Source: a virus
Reading direction: 5' to 3' (one strand)
DNA length: 64,000 bases
IMG/VR virus record: IMGVR_UViG_3300017766_005733
Location: 1 to 64,000 of that record
Positions within the stretch are counted from its first letter, which is position 1, and each line of letters starts with the position of its first letter. The notes beneath the pieces were generated by a model, which worked only from the letters and a program-made list of their open reading frames with translations, was not told the DNA's origin and searched no databases. Positions 54,419-63,342 of the stretch are shown one piece after another. Made by a program: the position numbers and the translations under genes.

Positions 54419-57400
54419 TCAGACCTTATCCTTCGGACGCAAGATGTCAAGAGAGGTCTGGGGCGCAACACCGAGCGACTGCAAAGCACGCAGAAGTTCG
54501 GCCTTGGAAAGAGTCGCCAGCCCCTCGCCGGCAGACTTCTCAAGGGTGCTCTTGCTGCACTTCCAGCGCTTGAGGGCCGCCCCCTTCGGAGTCAGCTTGC
54601 CGTCCTTCGATGTGGGTCCCTTGACACCGCTCATCCGCGCACAAAAACTCTTGCGCCTCTTGGCGGCTTTGGAGCCGGGCTCGACCTTGCCCGTCACAGG
54701 CCTCTTGAGGTTGCTGCCCTCTTCGCGATTGACCTTCTCGCGGTAGGAATCGCTCAGACCCCCGCTGCGACTGTGACGATTCTTGTTGTAGCCGTGGAAA
54801 GGCTTGTCTGCCTTGTCGAGGGCGTCGTCGAGATCCTTGGAGACTTCAGTCTCAGCGATCTTTTCTCCAGTCTTTTCGTCGTAGATGCACAGGTGGCTGC
54901 CTTCTTCGTGATGGCAGTGCTCGACGATGTAGGCCCCAATGTGGACATGATCTGTTCCACACTCAGAGCACTCCTCATCGTCGTGCGCGTCTTCGTTGTC
55001 AGTCTTCTTCATCTTCCGAGTGGGGCCTGAGGTGGAAGCCGACTTCATCCCCGACCAATCGCTTCGCTGCCAGTCCTCGGGTTCATCCGAGTGCAGTTCC
55101 TGTCCCGCGGGCGCAAAGTCCTTGCCTTCAAACAGTCCGCGATCAGACCACGGCGCCGGCGTATCCGTCGTTGCGCCGGGTTTCGTCCAAGCGTCGCGCA
55201 GCGCATAGAAGTCACGCATGACGCCATCGACGGCTCGATCGCCCAGCCCCATCCCCTCCATCTCCGCTCGCAGTTTTGGGCCATTCAGATTCCGAAGCCA
55301 TTCGACGGCATCGGGATGGACCGGGGATGACTTCGGGTCCATCATCGCGCGGCCGGCAACCCTGCCCTTGCTTTGAGCCGCGGGACGCGCCTTTTCAAAC
55401 TCGTACACCTTCAGGTAATGGGGCTTGCGGAGTTCCCGCGGCTGCAGCCCCGACCCCGGCTCTTGATGAAGCTGAGCCTCCAGCGACTGCGTTCCTTCTT
55501 GCGCTGTGTTGCGGAAGGTGTGGCCGTGGTCGATCAGCTTGAGGCTCAGCTTACCGTCGTCGGCGCGCGAGAACAGGTAGTTGTTGCCGTGGCGATCGTC
55601 GTTGCCAAGGATGTAGTTCATGGCCGCCAACTTGTGCAGTTCGCCGGCATCGCCGAGGTGCATCAGCGTCTTCAGGTGTGCTGCACTGCCGGAGTTGTGA
55701 TGCTCCGGGTTCTTGACCATCTCCTGCATGCTCATTTCCCAGCCGCCGGGATGGTTGGCCATCGCCGTCAGCGGGACGTACTCGCCGAGACCAAAGACGT
55801 CGCGCGCCAGATTGTGGTACGCAGTTTCGCGAGCCCCCATGTGCGGATACGACCACTCGTGGCCATGCTTCACGAGCACCAACCGCTTGCCGTCGGGATG
55901 CGGAATCCACATCTGCGTTGGCGACGTCAGCGATTCTGTGGCGTGAACAGGCTTGGCCTTCAGGTTCCGGCTCAGATCCACGCCGTCAATCAGCGCCTTC
56001 TGCTCTGGCGTGTTGTTGATGCGATCGCTGCCATCGGCAGCCGTGATCTTGACGGCGGCGATGCGCTTTGGGTTTTTCTCGACCAGATCCGCTTCCTGAG
56101 CCAATCCCAGCGAATGCCGCGACGAGTCAGCGGGGCCTTCACCCCTCGTCGGCGCGGCTTCAGTAGGGTTTCCGTTGGCCTTCTTCAGCTGAGCCGCGGC
56201 GTTGCGAACCTCGACCGACAGCTTCTCGGCCTTGAGGATCGGGTCCTCGTTCTCTGAGCCGTGCATGAGCAGCGGCAGCAGCTGCGAGTAGTAGCGGAAC
56301 GAGGCCTCTTCTTCGCCGTGGTGATTGATCCAGTGACGAACAAGGGCGGCGGCAAGACGCGGATCGATGAGCGGACCCGACCTTTCGGACTTCTTGAAGC
56401 CAAAGCGCAGATTGGCCTGCGGCGCCGGCGATTCGGGCAGCGGCGTCGAGCGGGCTGGAACCGTCTGTTGCGATTCCTTGGGGTCCTGCAGGAGGCGCTG
56501 AACTTCGTCAAACAGAGGACGGTGGCTGGCCGCCTGATTGTGAGCGACGTTCGCTCGCTTGTGCTCCATCAAGCGCTCGTGCGGAGCGATCGAAAGCCAG
56601 TGCCCCCAGAAAGCCGGGAAAACCGCCTGTTCCGGGTTGTCCTTGAAGTAGGATCCAAACTCCGGATGCTGAAGCATCAGCTTTACCGACGGATGATTGC
56701 GGTAATACCAGCGATCCATCGCCGACAGAAGTTCGCTATTCTTCGGGTTCCAAAGAATGTCATCGCGAACGTGGTGGATCGAGTTCTTGTCTTTGTCCTT
56801 GTCAAGACCAAAGAGATGGCGGCTGAAGTGAGTGTCGGGGACGAAGGAGTTGCCGGCCCCCAGCATCGCGTAGGCGAAGCGCGCGGTCTTGGGCGCCAGC
56901 CCCGGAATGTGCAGACCCTGAAAAGCACCCGGATCGGGCTTGCCCTTATCGAGCGCTCGCTTGCGGGAAGCCTCCCACAACTCCGCCTTGCCCTTGTTGC
57001 CCATCAACTCAGCCACCGCCGAACGACCGTCAACGCCGTGGCGAGCCACGAGATCCTTCATGTGCTGGTGAGCATCTGCGTAGCGCGCCATGTTGGCGAA
57101 CTTGTTGTGCGGCAGCATGAAGGAAGTGCGCTCGCCGGCGAGGCGTCCCGTCTGCGTGGAATCTCGCTGATTCGTCACGAGGTTGCCGATGTGCTGCGTG
57201 AAGTAGTCGCGCGACGACTGCGGCCAAGCCTGCGGCTGGTCGCGCGACATCCAGTCCTGCTTGACCTCCGGAGACCCGAAGCGTGGATCGCGGATGTCCA
57301 TGCCCTTGTCCTTGAAGGTGTCCAGCAGGTAGCTGTACATCATTTCATGAACGGGCACGGGTGTGTTGGGGCTCAACTGCGAGAAGGCCACCGACGTCGC

Positions 57401-59128
57401 CAGCACCGCCTCTGGCAGCCGCCCCTGCTTCAGGGCCTGATTCAGCTTGATCCAGTTGCCAACAGCGTAGTCGTGCTGGCGGCGAACCTCAGGTGAGTTC
57501 CAAACCTGACGGAACTTCTCGCCTGAATCACTATCGGCATCCGGGTTGTAGAGGCTGAAGTGGCCGTTCTTGGTCTTCAACTGGCCTGTGTGCTCGTTGA
57601 ACGTCATCTCCGGACCCGAAAGGCCCGTGGGCTTGACGCCTTCGCCGCGGATCGTAAACGCAGGAGCCTCAGGAGCCTTGGGCGCTTTAGCGGCGGGGGC
57701 CTTCGGGGCGGGCGCGGCCTTCTCTGGAGCAGAAGCCTTCTCTGGAGCAGCAGCCTTCGGCTCCGCGGCCTTGCGGGCCTTTGCCAGCGGCTCAGCCTTC
57801 CGCAGCTTCGCGCGGATGTCGGTGGCGAGGTCGGTGAAGTGATCGAGGTAGTTGTCGCTGACCTCCGGAAGCTGAGACTTCAGAAAGTCGCGCATGCTGC
57901 CCTTTGACTCATGGTATTCCTGAGCCAACTTCACCAGCTTCTTCGCCAGTTCCTCGCGCTGCAGAGCCGCGCCGCCCATGAGGCTAGAGGGCGAGCCGGT
58001 GGCCATGCCCGCGTCCATTGCCTTCTTCATGCCCGTCTCCTGTTCACTCTTGCGCGCCTTCGACTCAGTGATGTCGATGGCGTCCATGGTCTTGAGTCCG
58101 ACCTTCTTGGCCGCAAAATGACGGTGATTGCCGTCGACGATGTCCCAGCCCCCGGCTCCGGAGCGGCGAACGACGGCCGGCGGCAGCTTGTCGTGCTGCG
58201 CCATCTGAACGTACATCGCATAGCGATCGTAGTTCTTGATGGGGTTGAGGTTCTGGGCGCTGTCGACGTCGATCGTGATCTTCTTGCCGCCGCCAAAGTG
58301 CTGCTTCAGGGCCTTCTCGTACGCGCCATCCCAGCGCTTGCGATCGGGAGTGCCGGCACGGGGGATAACGACGCCGTCCTCGGACTCCCACTGCTTTGGG
58401 GGCTTGGGGGGCTTCGGCAACACCGGCTTCTTGGCAGCCGGCTTCGGCTCCTTGGAGGCCTTCAGTGCCTTCCAGAGGGTCTGCTGCTCAGCCGCATCCT
58501 GCTCGATCTCGCCCGAAGAGCCGAGGCGGCCGTAGAGCGGGTGCTCTTTCTTCACCAACTCGGCGATCGGCTTCTTGGGCTTCTTCTCGTAGCCCTCGGG
58601 GGCGTTGGGGTCGACCACGAGGTCGCTGTCGCAGGTCTTGTTGCAGGGCTTGATGGTCAGCGCCACGCGACGCGCGATCGTGCGCTTGAGTTTGTTGCCA
58701 TCGCGCTCCAGCGTGGAGCCGTCGATCGAGAACCGGACAAGGATCTGTTCCTTGTTCTTCACCGCGTCACGGACCTGAGCAGCCAGCCCCTGAGCCGAGA
58801 GGTGACCGGCGCCGTCATAGAGCCGCACCATGCCGTAGATGAAGGGCACCTTGACCTTTTTCCAGAACATCTTCTGGCGGTCGTCGTCGGCGTCCGACTC
58901 CTGCATGATCTTCTTGGCGAAAACGATCTTGCCGACGATGTCCTGCGACGTAGCGCCGGTGGACTCGTCGTTGCGGTGCTCGTAGTTGGCGAGCCCACGC
59001 CCCTCGATCATCTCACTGATGTCACAGCCCTCGATGTCGAGGACTTCACCACTGGAATCCCATACCTGACTGGCAAAAATGCCATCAAGAATCATTCCAT
59101 TGGAACCATCAATGATGTCGTTGTTCAT
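54419..59128 (-). CDS. Prohead protease polyprotein: protease + ParB-like + MCP-like peptide + HhH-GPD-like + kinase + C-terminal module
   Basis: DSSGEVL..G, NYEH, FSIDGS and VALTIKPCN (HK97/herpes-type protease); IVDGNHR; IPGLAPKTA..VPDTH; GNDDRHGNN..LIDHG; RRKSFCARM. Confidence 0.85.
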   Translation of the reverse strand: MNNDIIDGSNGMILDGIFASQVWDSSGEVLDIEGCDISEMIEGRGLANYEHRNDESTGATSQDIVGKIVFAKKIMQESDADDDRQKMFWKKVKVPFIYGMVRLYDGAGHLSAQGLAAQVRDAVKNKEQILVRFSIDGSTLERDGNKLKRTIARRVALTIKPCNKTCDSDLVVDPNAPEGYEKKPKKPIAELVKKEHPLYGRLGSSGEIEQDAAEQQTLWKALKASKEPKPAAKKPVLPKPPKPPKQWESEDGVVIPRAGTPDRKRWDGAYEKALKQHFGGGKKITIDVDSAQNLNPIKNYDRYAMYVQMAQHDKLPPAVVRRSGAGGWDIVDGNHRHFAAKKVGLKTMDAIDITESKARKSEQETGMKKAMDAGMATGSPSSLMGGAALQREELAKKLVKLAQEYHESKGSMRDFLKSQLPEVSDNYLDHFTDLATDIRAKLRKAEPLAKARKAAEPKAAAPEKASAPEKAAPAPKAPAAKAPKAPEAPAFTIRGEGVKPTGLSGPEMTFNEHTGQLKTKNGHFSLYNPDADSDSGEKFRQVWNSPEVRRQHDYAVGNWIKLNQALKQGRLPEAVLATSVAFSQLSPNTPVPVHEMMYSYLLDTFKDKGMDIRDPRFGSPEVKQDWMSRDQPQAWPQSSRDYFTQHIGNLVTNQRDSTQTGRLAGERTSFMLPHNKFANMARYADAHQHMKDLVARHGVDGRSAVAELMGNKGKAELWEASRKRALDKGKPDPGAFQGLHIPGLAPKTARFAYAMLGAGNSFVPDTHFSRHLFGLDKDKDKNSIHHVRDDILWNPKNSELLSAMDRWYYRNHPSVKLMLQHPEFGSYFKDNPEQAVFPAFWGHWLSIAPHERLMEHKRANVAHNQAASHRPLFDEVQRLLQDPKESQQTVPARSTPLPESPAPQANLRFGFKKSERSGPLIDPRLAAALVRHWINHHGEEEASFRYYSQLLPLLMHGSENEDPILKAEKLSVEVRNAAAQLKKANGNPTEAAPTRGEGPADSSRHSLGLAQEADLVEKNPKRIAAVKITAADGSDRINNTPEQKALIDGVDLSRNLKAKPVHATESLTSPTQMWIPHPDGKRLVLVKHGHEWSYPHMGARETAYHNLARDVFGLGEYVPLTAMANHPGGWEMSMQEMVKNPEHHNSGSAAHLKTLMHLGDAGELHKLAAMNYILGNDDRHGNNYLFSRADDGKLSLKLIDHGHTFRNTAQEGTQSLEAQLHQEPGSGLQPRELRKPHYLKVYEFEKARPAAQSKGRVAGRAMMDPKSSPVHPDAVEWLRNLNGPKLRAEMEGMGLGDRAVDGVMRDFYALRDAWTKPGATTDTPAPWSDRGLFEGKDFAPAGQELHSDEPEDWQRSDWSGMKSASTSGPTRKMKKTDNEDAHDDEECSECGTDHVHIGAYIVEHCHHEEGSHLCIYDEKTGEKIAETEVSKDLDDALDKADKPFHGYNKNRHSRSGGLSDSYREKVNREEGSNLKRPVTGKVEPGSKAAKRRKSFCARMSGVKGPTSKDGKLTPKGAALKRWKCSKSTLEKSAGEGLATLSKAELLRALQSLGVAPQTSLDILRPKDKV

Positions 59129-59171
59129 GGACTACGTCCTCGGAAAGCAGTTGACGGGCGAAAGATTCCTC

Positions 59172-59201
59172 TTGACGCCCCCCTTGCGATGGCTGTAGCA
59201 T
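59172..59201 (+). promoter_or_regulatory. Sigma70-type promoter, leaderless or near-leaderless geometry
   Basis: TTGACG-18nt-TAGCAT, then 8 nt to the ATG at 59210. Confidence 0.6.
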
Positions 59202-59209
59202 GCGAGGTC

Positions 59210-59425
59210 ATGGCAACCCAACTCACAAAACCCGTCGTCCGCGAAACCAACGTCATCATCAACGGGCGACCGCTGGTGGTGACCATCAGCCCCAACGGTA
59301 CCATCTCGTTCCGAGAAAAGGGTAGCCGAGGCCCGGTCTCGGAGTTCTCAACGACCTTGGCGGCCTGCTACCACATGGCCGTCAAGCAGGAGGTCTTGGC
59401 GACTAAGCGCGCCAAGGCCAGCTAA
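59210..59425 (+). CDS. Small hypothetical protein (MATQLTKPV...)
   Basis: 71 codons filling the gap between two minus-strand head genes, with its own promoter. Confidence 0.65.
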   Translation: MATQLTKPVVRETNVIINGRPLVVTISPNGTISFREKGSRGPVSEFSTTLAACYHMAVKQEVLATKRAKAS

Positions 59426-60163
59426 TCAGCCGCGACCTCGCTGGGTTGCGTATTCGTTGTGACCCCGGCCAACGAAGCGAACCATCCCAGCGGCGTCAAA
59501 GCCATAGCCGGGCATCAGTGTGGCGAGACTGCAGCGGCAATGGGGATGTAGCCCGTTGACCTTGGGATTGTTCTCGCCTCGCTTGTGGTAGCCGGTCCCG
59601 ACCTCGGACATCTTCCAGACACGCGGCGTGACGCCATCAGGCATCAGGTGCAGTCGCGTGCATTCCTTGCACCGAAGTCCATCGCGGACCACGACGAAGA
59701 AGACCATCGCGTCATCGATGCCCGCCTGCAGGTTCAGCATCGTGATGCCCTCCAGAGTGCCCGTGGCGCGGCTGCGCTGGGTCTCCGTGTCGGCAATACG
59801 CATCACGTCGTTCGTGACCTTGGACCAGACGTCCACCAGCTTGCCGGCAAGGGCACCGGAACTCGGCTGCCCCTCCTGCTCCGCCGACAAAACATGGTGA
59901 AGGACTTCGGCCTTTGCGCGCTCCCTCGCTGAATCGAGGTAGGAGCCGGCGATGTTGACGACACCCAAGAGCGTCTTGGGGCTCATCTTGGCGCCGTCAT
60001 CTGCGGCCGCGGCGGTAGCAATGCCCGCCAGCGTCAAGTCCGGGCGATCGGACGTGACCGTCAGCGTCTTGTCGACCAGCCGCACCCCCAGAAACCGCGC
60101 CTTGATGCGTTCAAAAAGGCTGTCGATGGCTGCGTGGATGCGGCTGATGGTCTGCTTCTTCAC
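59426..60163 (-). CDS. MuF/SPP1 gp7-like minor head morphogenesis protein
   Basis: RIADTE, D..RCKEC and LHPHCRC motifs; directly downstream of the portal. Confidence 0.8.
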   Translation of the reverse strand: MKKQTISRIHAAIDSLFERIKARFLGVRLVDKTLTVTSDRPDLTLAGIATAAAADDGAKMSPKTLLGVVNIAGSYLDSARERAKAEVLHHVLSAEQEGQPSSGALAGKLVDVWSKVTNDVMRIADTETQRSRATGTLEGITMLNLQAGIDDAMVFFVVVRDGLRCKECTRLHLMPDGVTPRVWKMSEVGTGYHKRGENNPKVNGLHPHCRCSLATLMPGYGFDAAGMVRFVGRGHNEYATQRGRG

Positions 60164-60165
60164 GG

Positions 60166-62367
60166 CTACTCCCCGATGTCTTCATCGGCTGATAGCGCGC
60201 GGCCGATCTCGGCCAGAGCGGCGCGAGAGTCATCCTCCCACGTCTTCTGGAAGCGATCGACGATGGCTCGATGCTTGGCCAGCAGCTTGCGCTTGGACGG
60301 CGACAGCGTGGCTTCCGACTTTAGCATCTCCGAAGCCTGATCGAGGCCGCGCGTCAGGTCACCGCCAGCCTGCTCAGCCGCCTGCTGAGACTGCTGCTGC
60401 GAGGACTCGGCGGTCGCCGCCTGCTGGGAGGCCTCTGCCTGCTGAGCCTCACCCTTGCCCGGCTGCGGACCCCCACCGCCGCCACCACCTCCACCGCCAC
60501 CTCCGCCATCCTGCGGCGGCTGCCCACCCTGCTGCTGGGCCGCCTGCTCCTGCATCTGCTGCTGTTGCTGCATCTGCTGAACCTGCATCTGCAGCTGCTG
60601 CCACTGGAACCAGAAGGGGTCGCGAACGTAAGCCAGCTTGGGGTCCTTGGCCGCACCCTTTTGACCGAAGAAGTGCTCCTTGATCTGGCCCACCGTCAGG
60701 TACTTGTCGACGACCGCCTGCCACTGGGCGTTGAAGGGGAAGTCGCCGCCAAGTTCCTCGGGGATCTCTTCCTTCTCGACCTTGTTCAGGACCTCGTTGT
60801 AGGTCATGTGCAGCGGCGCGTCCTGCTGCAGTCGGATCGATTCCTTCTCGGCCGTCTCAGCATCCAAGCCCATCAACTGGATTTCGCACTTGCCAACGAG
60901 GTTGGGCGCGATCAGGGGCAGAAGCTGGGCGTTGATGAAGTCCTGCCACGCCAAGAGCAGTGGGCGCAAGCCGACGTCGCGGTGAGCAATCATCAGGTAC
61001 TCCTGATTGCTCTCCGACAGCGCCTGATTGTTGGTACCGCGGCTGAGGTGGGCGTAGCCGGGTAGTTCTTCCGGCGACATCTGGAAGGCCGACAAGATGA
61101 TGCGGGCCGTCATGTCGCTCAGGTACTGGAACTCCATGTCGCGCTGACTGGCATCCGTCGAAACCCACTCAATGTTTTCCTCGACGCCAACGCCCAGCAC
61201 CGGCACGCGCCAGCTGTTCTGCACGCTGTTGATGGCGGCGTTGAACTGCTGGCGGATGTCGTTGATCATCGAGTCATCGACGTCATCGGACTTGATGATG
61301 AGGATGCCGCGGCTGGCGCGGCCGCTCTGGAAGTACAGCTTGTTGTGGGTCGTGATGTTGATATGCGTCGTGACAGCGGCAATGACCGTGTCGAGGGGCG
61401 ACAACGGATAGCCGCGGAACTCAACGTCGGCGACGGGGTAGAAGTTGTAGACGAGGCATTCCTCGGCAGTGAACGACTGTCGCGGCTGCCCTTCCAGAAC
61501 CTGAATCCAAGCGATGTCTTCCGGCGTCACCGTGTTGTTGGGTTCGTGCTCCAGCTTCTTGCGCTTGATGCGCTCAAGCAGCCTCGCCGCCGTCTCACGC
61601 AACTCCACCGCCATCTGGTTCATTGGCACGGAACGGTAGATGGTGCCGGCGTCGATGGGACGGAAGGAGTGGAACTCGCGACGTCCCGTGTGGACGTTGT
61701 AGACCCAAATGATTTCGGTGGCCACGCGCCCCAGCACCACCGCATTCTTCGTCGAGACCGTCAGGTACTGGCTGAAGGTCATCTGCTCTTGATCCGACCA
61801 GCCCTTCGTCTGACCGCAAGATCGCAGCAGTTCGGACGCTCGCTTGATCTCTTCGTCAAGAGCCCTCTGCTCTTCGGGCTCCAGTGACTCCTCGACTCCC
61901 GGAATCGGGACAATCCCAAAGCCCACGCCGTGGCGATCACGACGAGGACGACCAAAGGAGCCGATGTGGTTGCCGCGGGTGTTGACGATCGAGGCAACGA
62001 GGCTGTCCTGAATGGCAATCCGCTTCAGGATGCTGTCGGGGATGCCACGCAGCTTCTGCTGCCACAGCCCCTGATTGCTGCCGACCTGACTCGGGTCCAC
62101 CTCAAAGGCCAGACGCTCGATGGACGTCTCGCCGCCGTTGAGGAGGTTCATCAGGCTCTTGGCAAGACGCTGATGGCCAACGACGGGCCCGGCGTCGGGG
62201 ACCGTCGGGAGAGAGTCCAACTTCTCGACCGTCAGCACAGGCTGCGGCATCGATGGGTCGGTGAAACGCACCTGCCGCCGACTCTTGCTGAGCCCCTCGG
62301 TCTTTGGCGTCGCGGACTTGATGAGGGCCTGAAAGTACGCGGAAGTGGGATTACTGGGAGTTGTCAC
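60166..62367 (-). CDS. Portal protein
   Basis: IDAGTI, YPLSPL, N..YF..G...GIL, RDMEFQY, AFQMSPEEL and GLRPLL motifs; Q/G-rich C-terminal tail. Confidence 0.9.
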   Translation of the reverse strand: MTTPSNPTSAYFQALIKSATPKTEGLSKSRRQVRFTDPSMPQPVLTVEKLDSLPTVPDAGPVVGHQRLAKSLMNLLNGGETSIERLAFEVDPSQVGSNQGLWQQKLRGIPDSILKRIAIQDSLVASIVNTRGNHIGSFGRPRRDRHGVGFGIVPIPGVEESLEPEEQRALDEEIKRASELLRSCGQTKGWSDQEQMTFSQYLTVSTKNAVVLGRVATEIIWVYNVHTGRREFHSFRPIDAGTIYRSVPMNQMAVELRETAARLLERIKRKKLEHEPNNTVTPEDIAWIQVLEGQPRQSFTAEECLVYNFYPVADVEFRGYPLSPLDTVIAAVTTHINITTHNKLYFQSGRASRGILIIKSDDVDDSMINDIRQQFNAAINSVQNSWRVPVLGVGVEENIEWVSTDASQRDMEFQYLSDMTARIILSAFQMSPEELPGYAHLSRGTNNQALSESNQEYLMIAHRDVGLRPLLLAWQDFINAQLLPLIAPNLVGKCEIQLMGLDAETAEKESIRLQQDAPLHMTYNEVLNKVEKEEIPEELGGDFPFNAQWQAVVDKYLTVGQIKEHFFGQKGAAKDPKLAYVRDPFWFQWQQLQMQVQQMQQQQQMQEQAAQQQGGQPPQDGGGGGGGGGGGGGPQPGKGEAQQAEASQQAATAESSQQQSQQAAEQAGGDLTRGLDQASEMLKSEATLSPSKRKLLAKHRAIVDRFQKTWEDDSRAALAEIGRALSADEDIGE

Positions 62368-62370
62368 CGA

Positions 62371-63342
62371 TCACTCCACGGAAATGACGCTGATGTTGGC
62401 CATCTGCTGGCCCGCATTCACGACAGTAAGGGCCCAGACGGCGCCCGTCATCAGGAACTGGCCGGGATCTTCGCCGGCCACCCAAGGACCGACCTTGTAG
62501 AGGTTGCCGGCATCGCCGTTGATGCGCAGGATGACCTCCTGATCGGACTCGACGTAGAGCATGCGCTTGCCGGAACTGTACACTGTCTGACCGAGCGCCG
62601 TCGGCGTGACCGTGTTCTCAAACGCCAAGGGCTTGGCCGTCGACTGAATGTCGATGTAGCTGCTGGTGACACCAACGATGACGTAGGTGCCGAGGTTCGC
62701 GGTCGCCCAGCCCGAAAGCAGTTCGATCTTGTCGCCTTCCTGAACGCCGGCGGCGCTGAAGGCCTTCATCTGGTCATTGCCGTTGATCACGAGTCCAGAC
62801 TGCGTGATGCCGTTGAAGTCGCCGGTGCGACGCACAACCATCGTCAAGGCCGAAACCGTCATCACCAGCCAGAAGCCTTGGTTGGCCAGCTGGAAGGGGG
62901 TCGTCACGGACTCTTCGGCGCCCGGCAACCACAGCGTGTCACCGGCCTGAATGCCCGTGAAGCTACCGGAGGTGATGGAGATCGTCGCCGTTTGGTCGGC
63001 GTTCACCGTCAACGAAACAGTGCCGCCGACGTCGTTGAAGGTTCGCTCCGTACGGAAGCCGGGGGCTGTTCCGGAGGTGTGCCGGAGGCGATAGTTGACG
63101 GTCTCGCCGGGCACCAAGGAAAGCGAAAACACGGTGTTGCCATTCACCGTCAGCGTCCGGGTGCCATCGAAGATGACCCGCGTCTCCGCCGGCGCCAGCC
63201 CGTAGCTGTCCGACCGCGGGTTGCCGGCGTCCTGAATGCTGAAGGACCGCATCCAGTCGACGTGCCGCAGGCGCGGGTTGGCGGTCTCCGGAATCGGGTC
63301 GCGGAAGGCGACGATCGAGGTCAGCATCTTGAGGTTAGACAT
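62371..63342 (-). CDS. Probable virion structural protein (beta-rich)
   Basis: 323 aa between terminase and portal; upstream AATCTT box. Confidence 0.7.
   Translation of the reverse strand: MSNLKMLTSIVAFRDPIPETANPRLRHVDWMRSFSIQDAGNPRSDSYGLAPAETRVIFDGTRTLTVNGNTVFSLSLVPGETVNYRLRHTSGTAPGFRTERTFNDVGGTVSLTVNADQTATISITSGSFTGIQAGDTLWLPGAEESVTTPFQLANQGFWLVMTVSALTMVVRRTGDFNGITQSGLVINGNDQMKAFSAAGVQEGDKIELLSGWATANLGTYVIVGVTSSYIDIQSTAKPLAFENTVTPTALGQTVYSSGKRMLYVESDQEVILRINGDAGNLYKVGPWVAGEDPGQFLMTGAVWALTVVNAGQQMANISVISVE

Noticed and set aside
60370-60600. CAG-rich and GGN-rich tracts as a separate repeat element
   Set aside because: They simply encode the low-complexity Gln/Gly tail of the portal protein.
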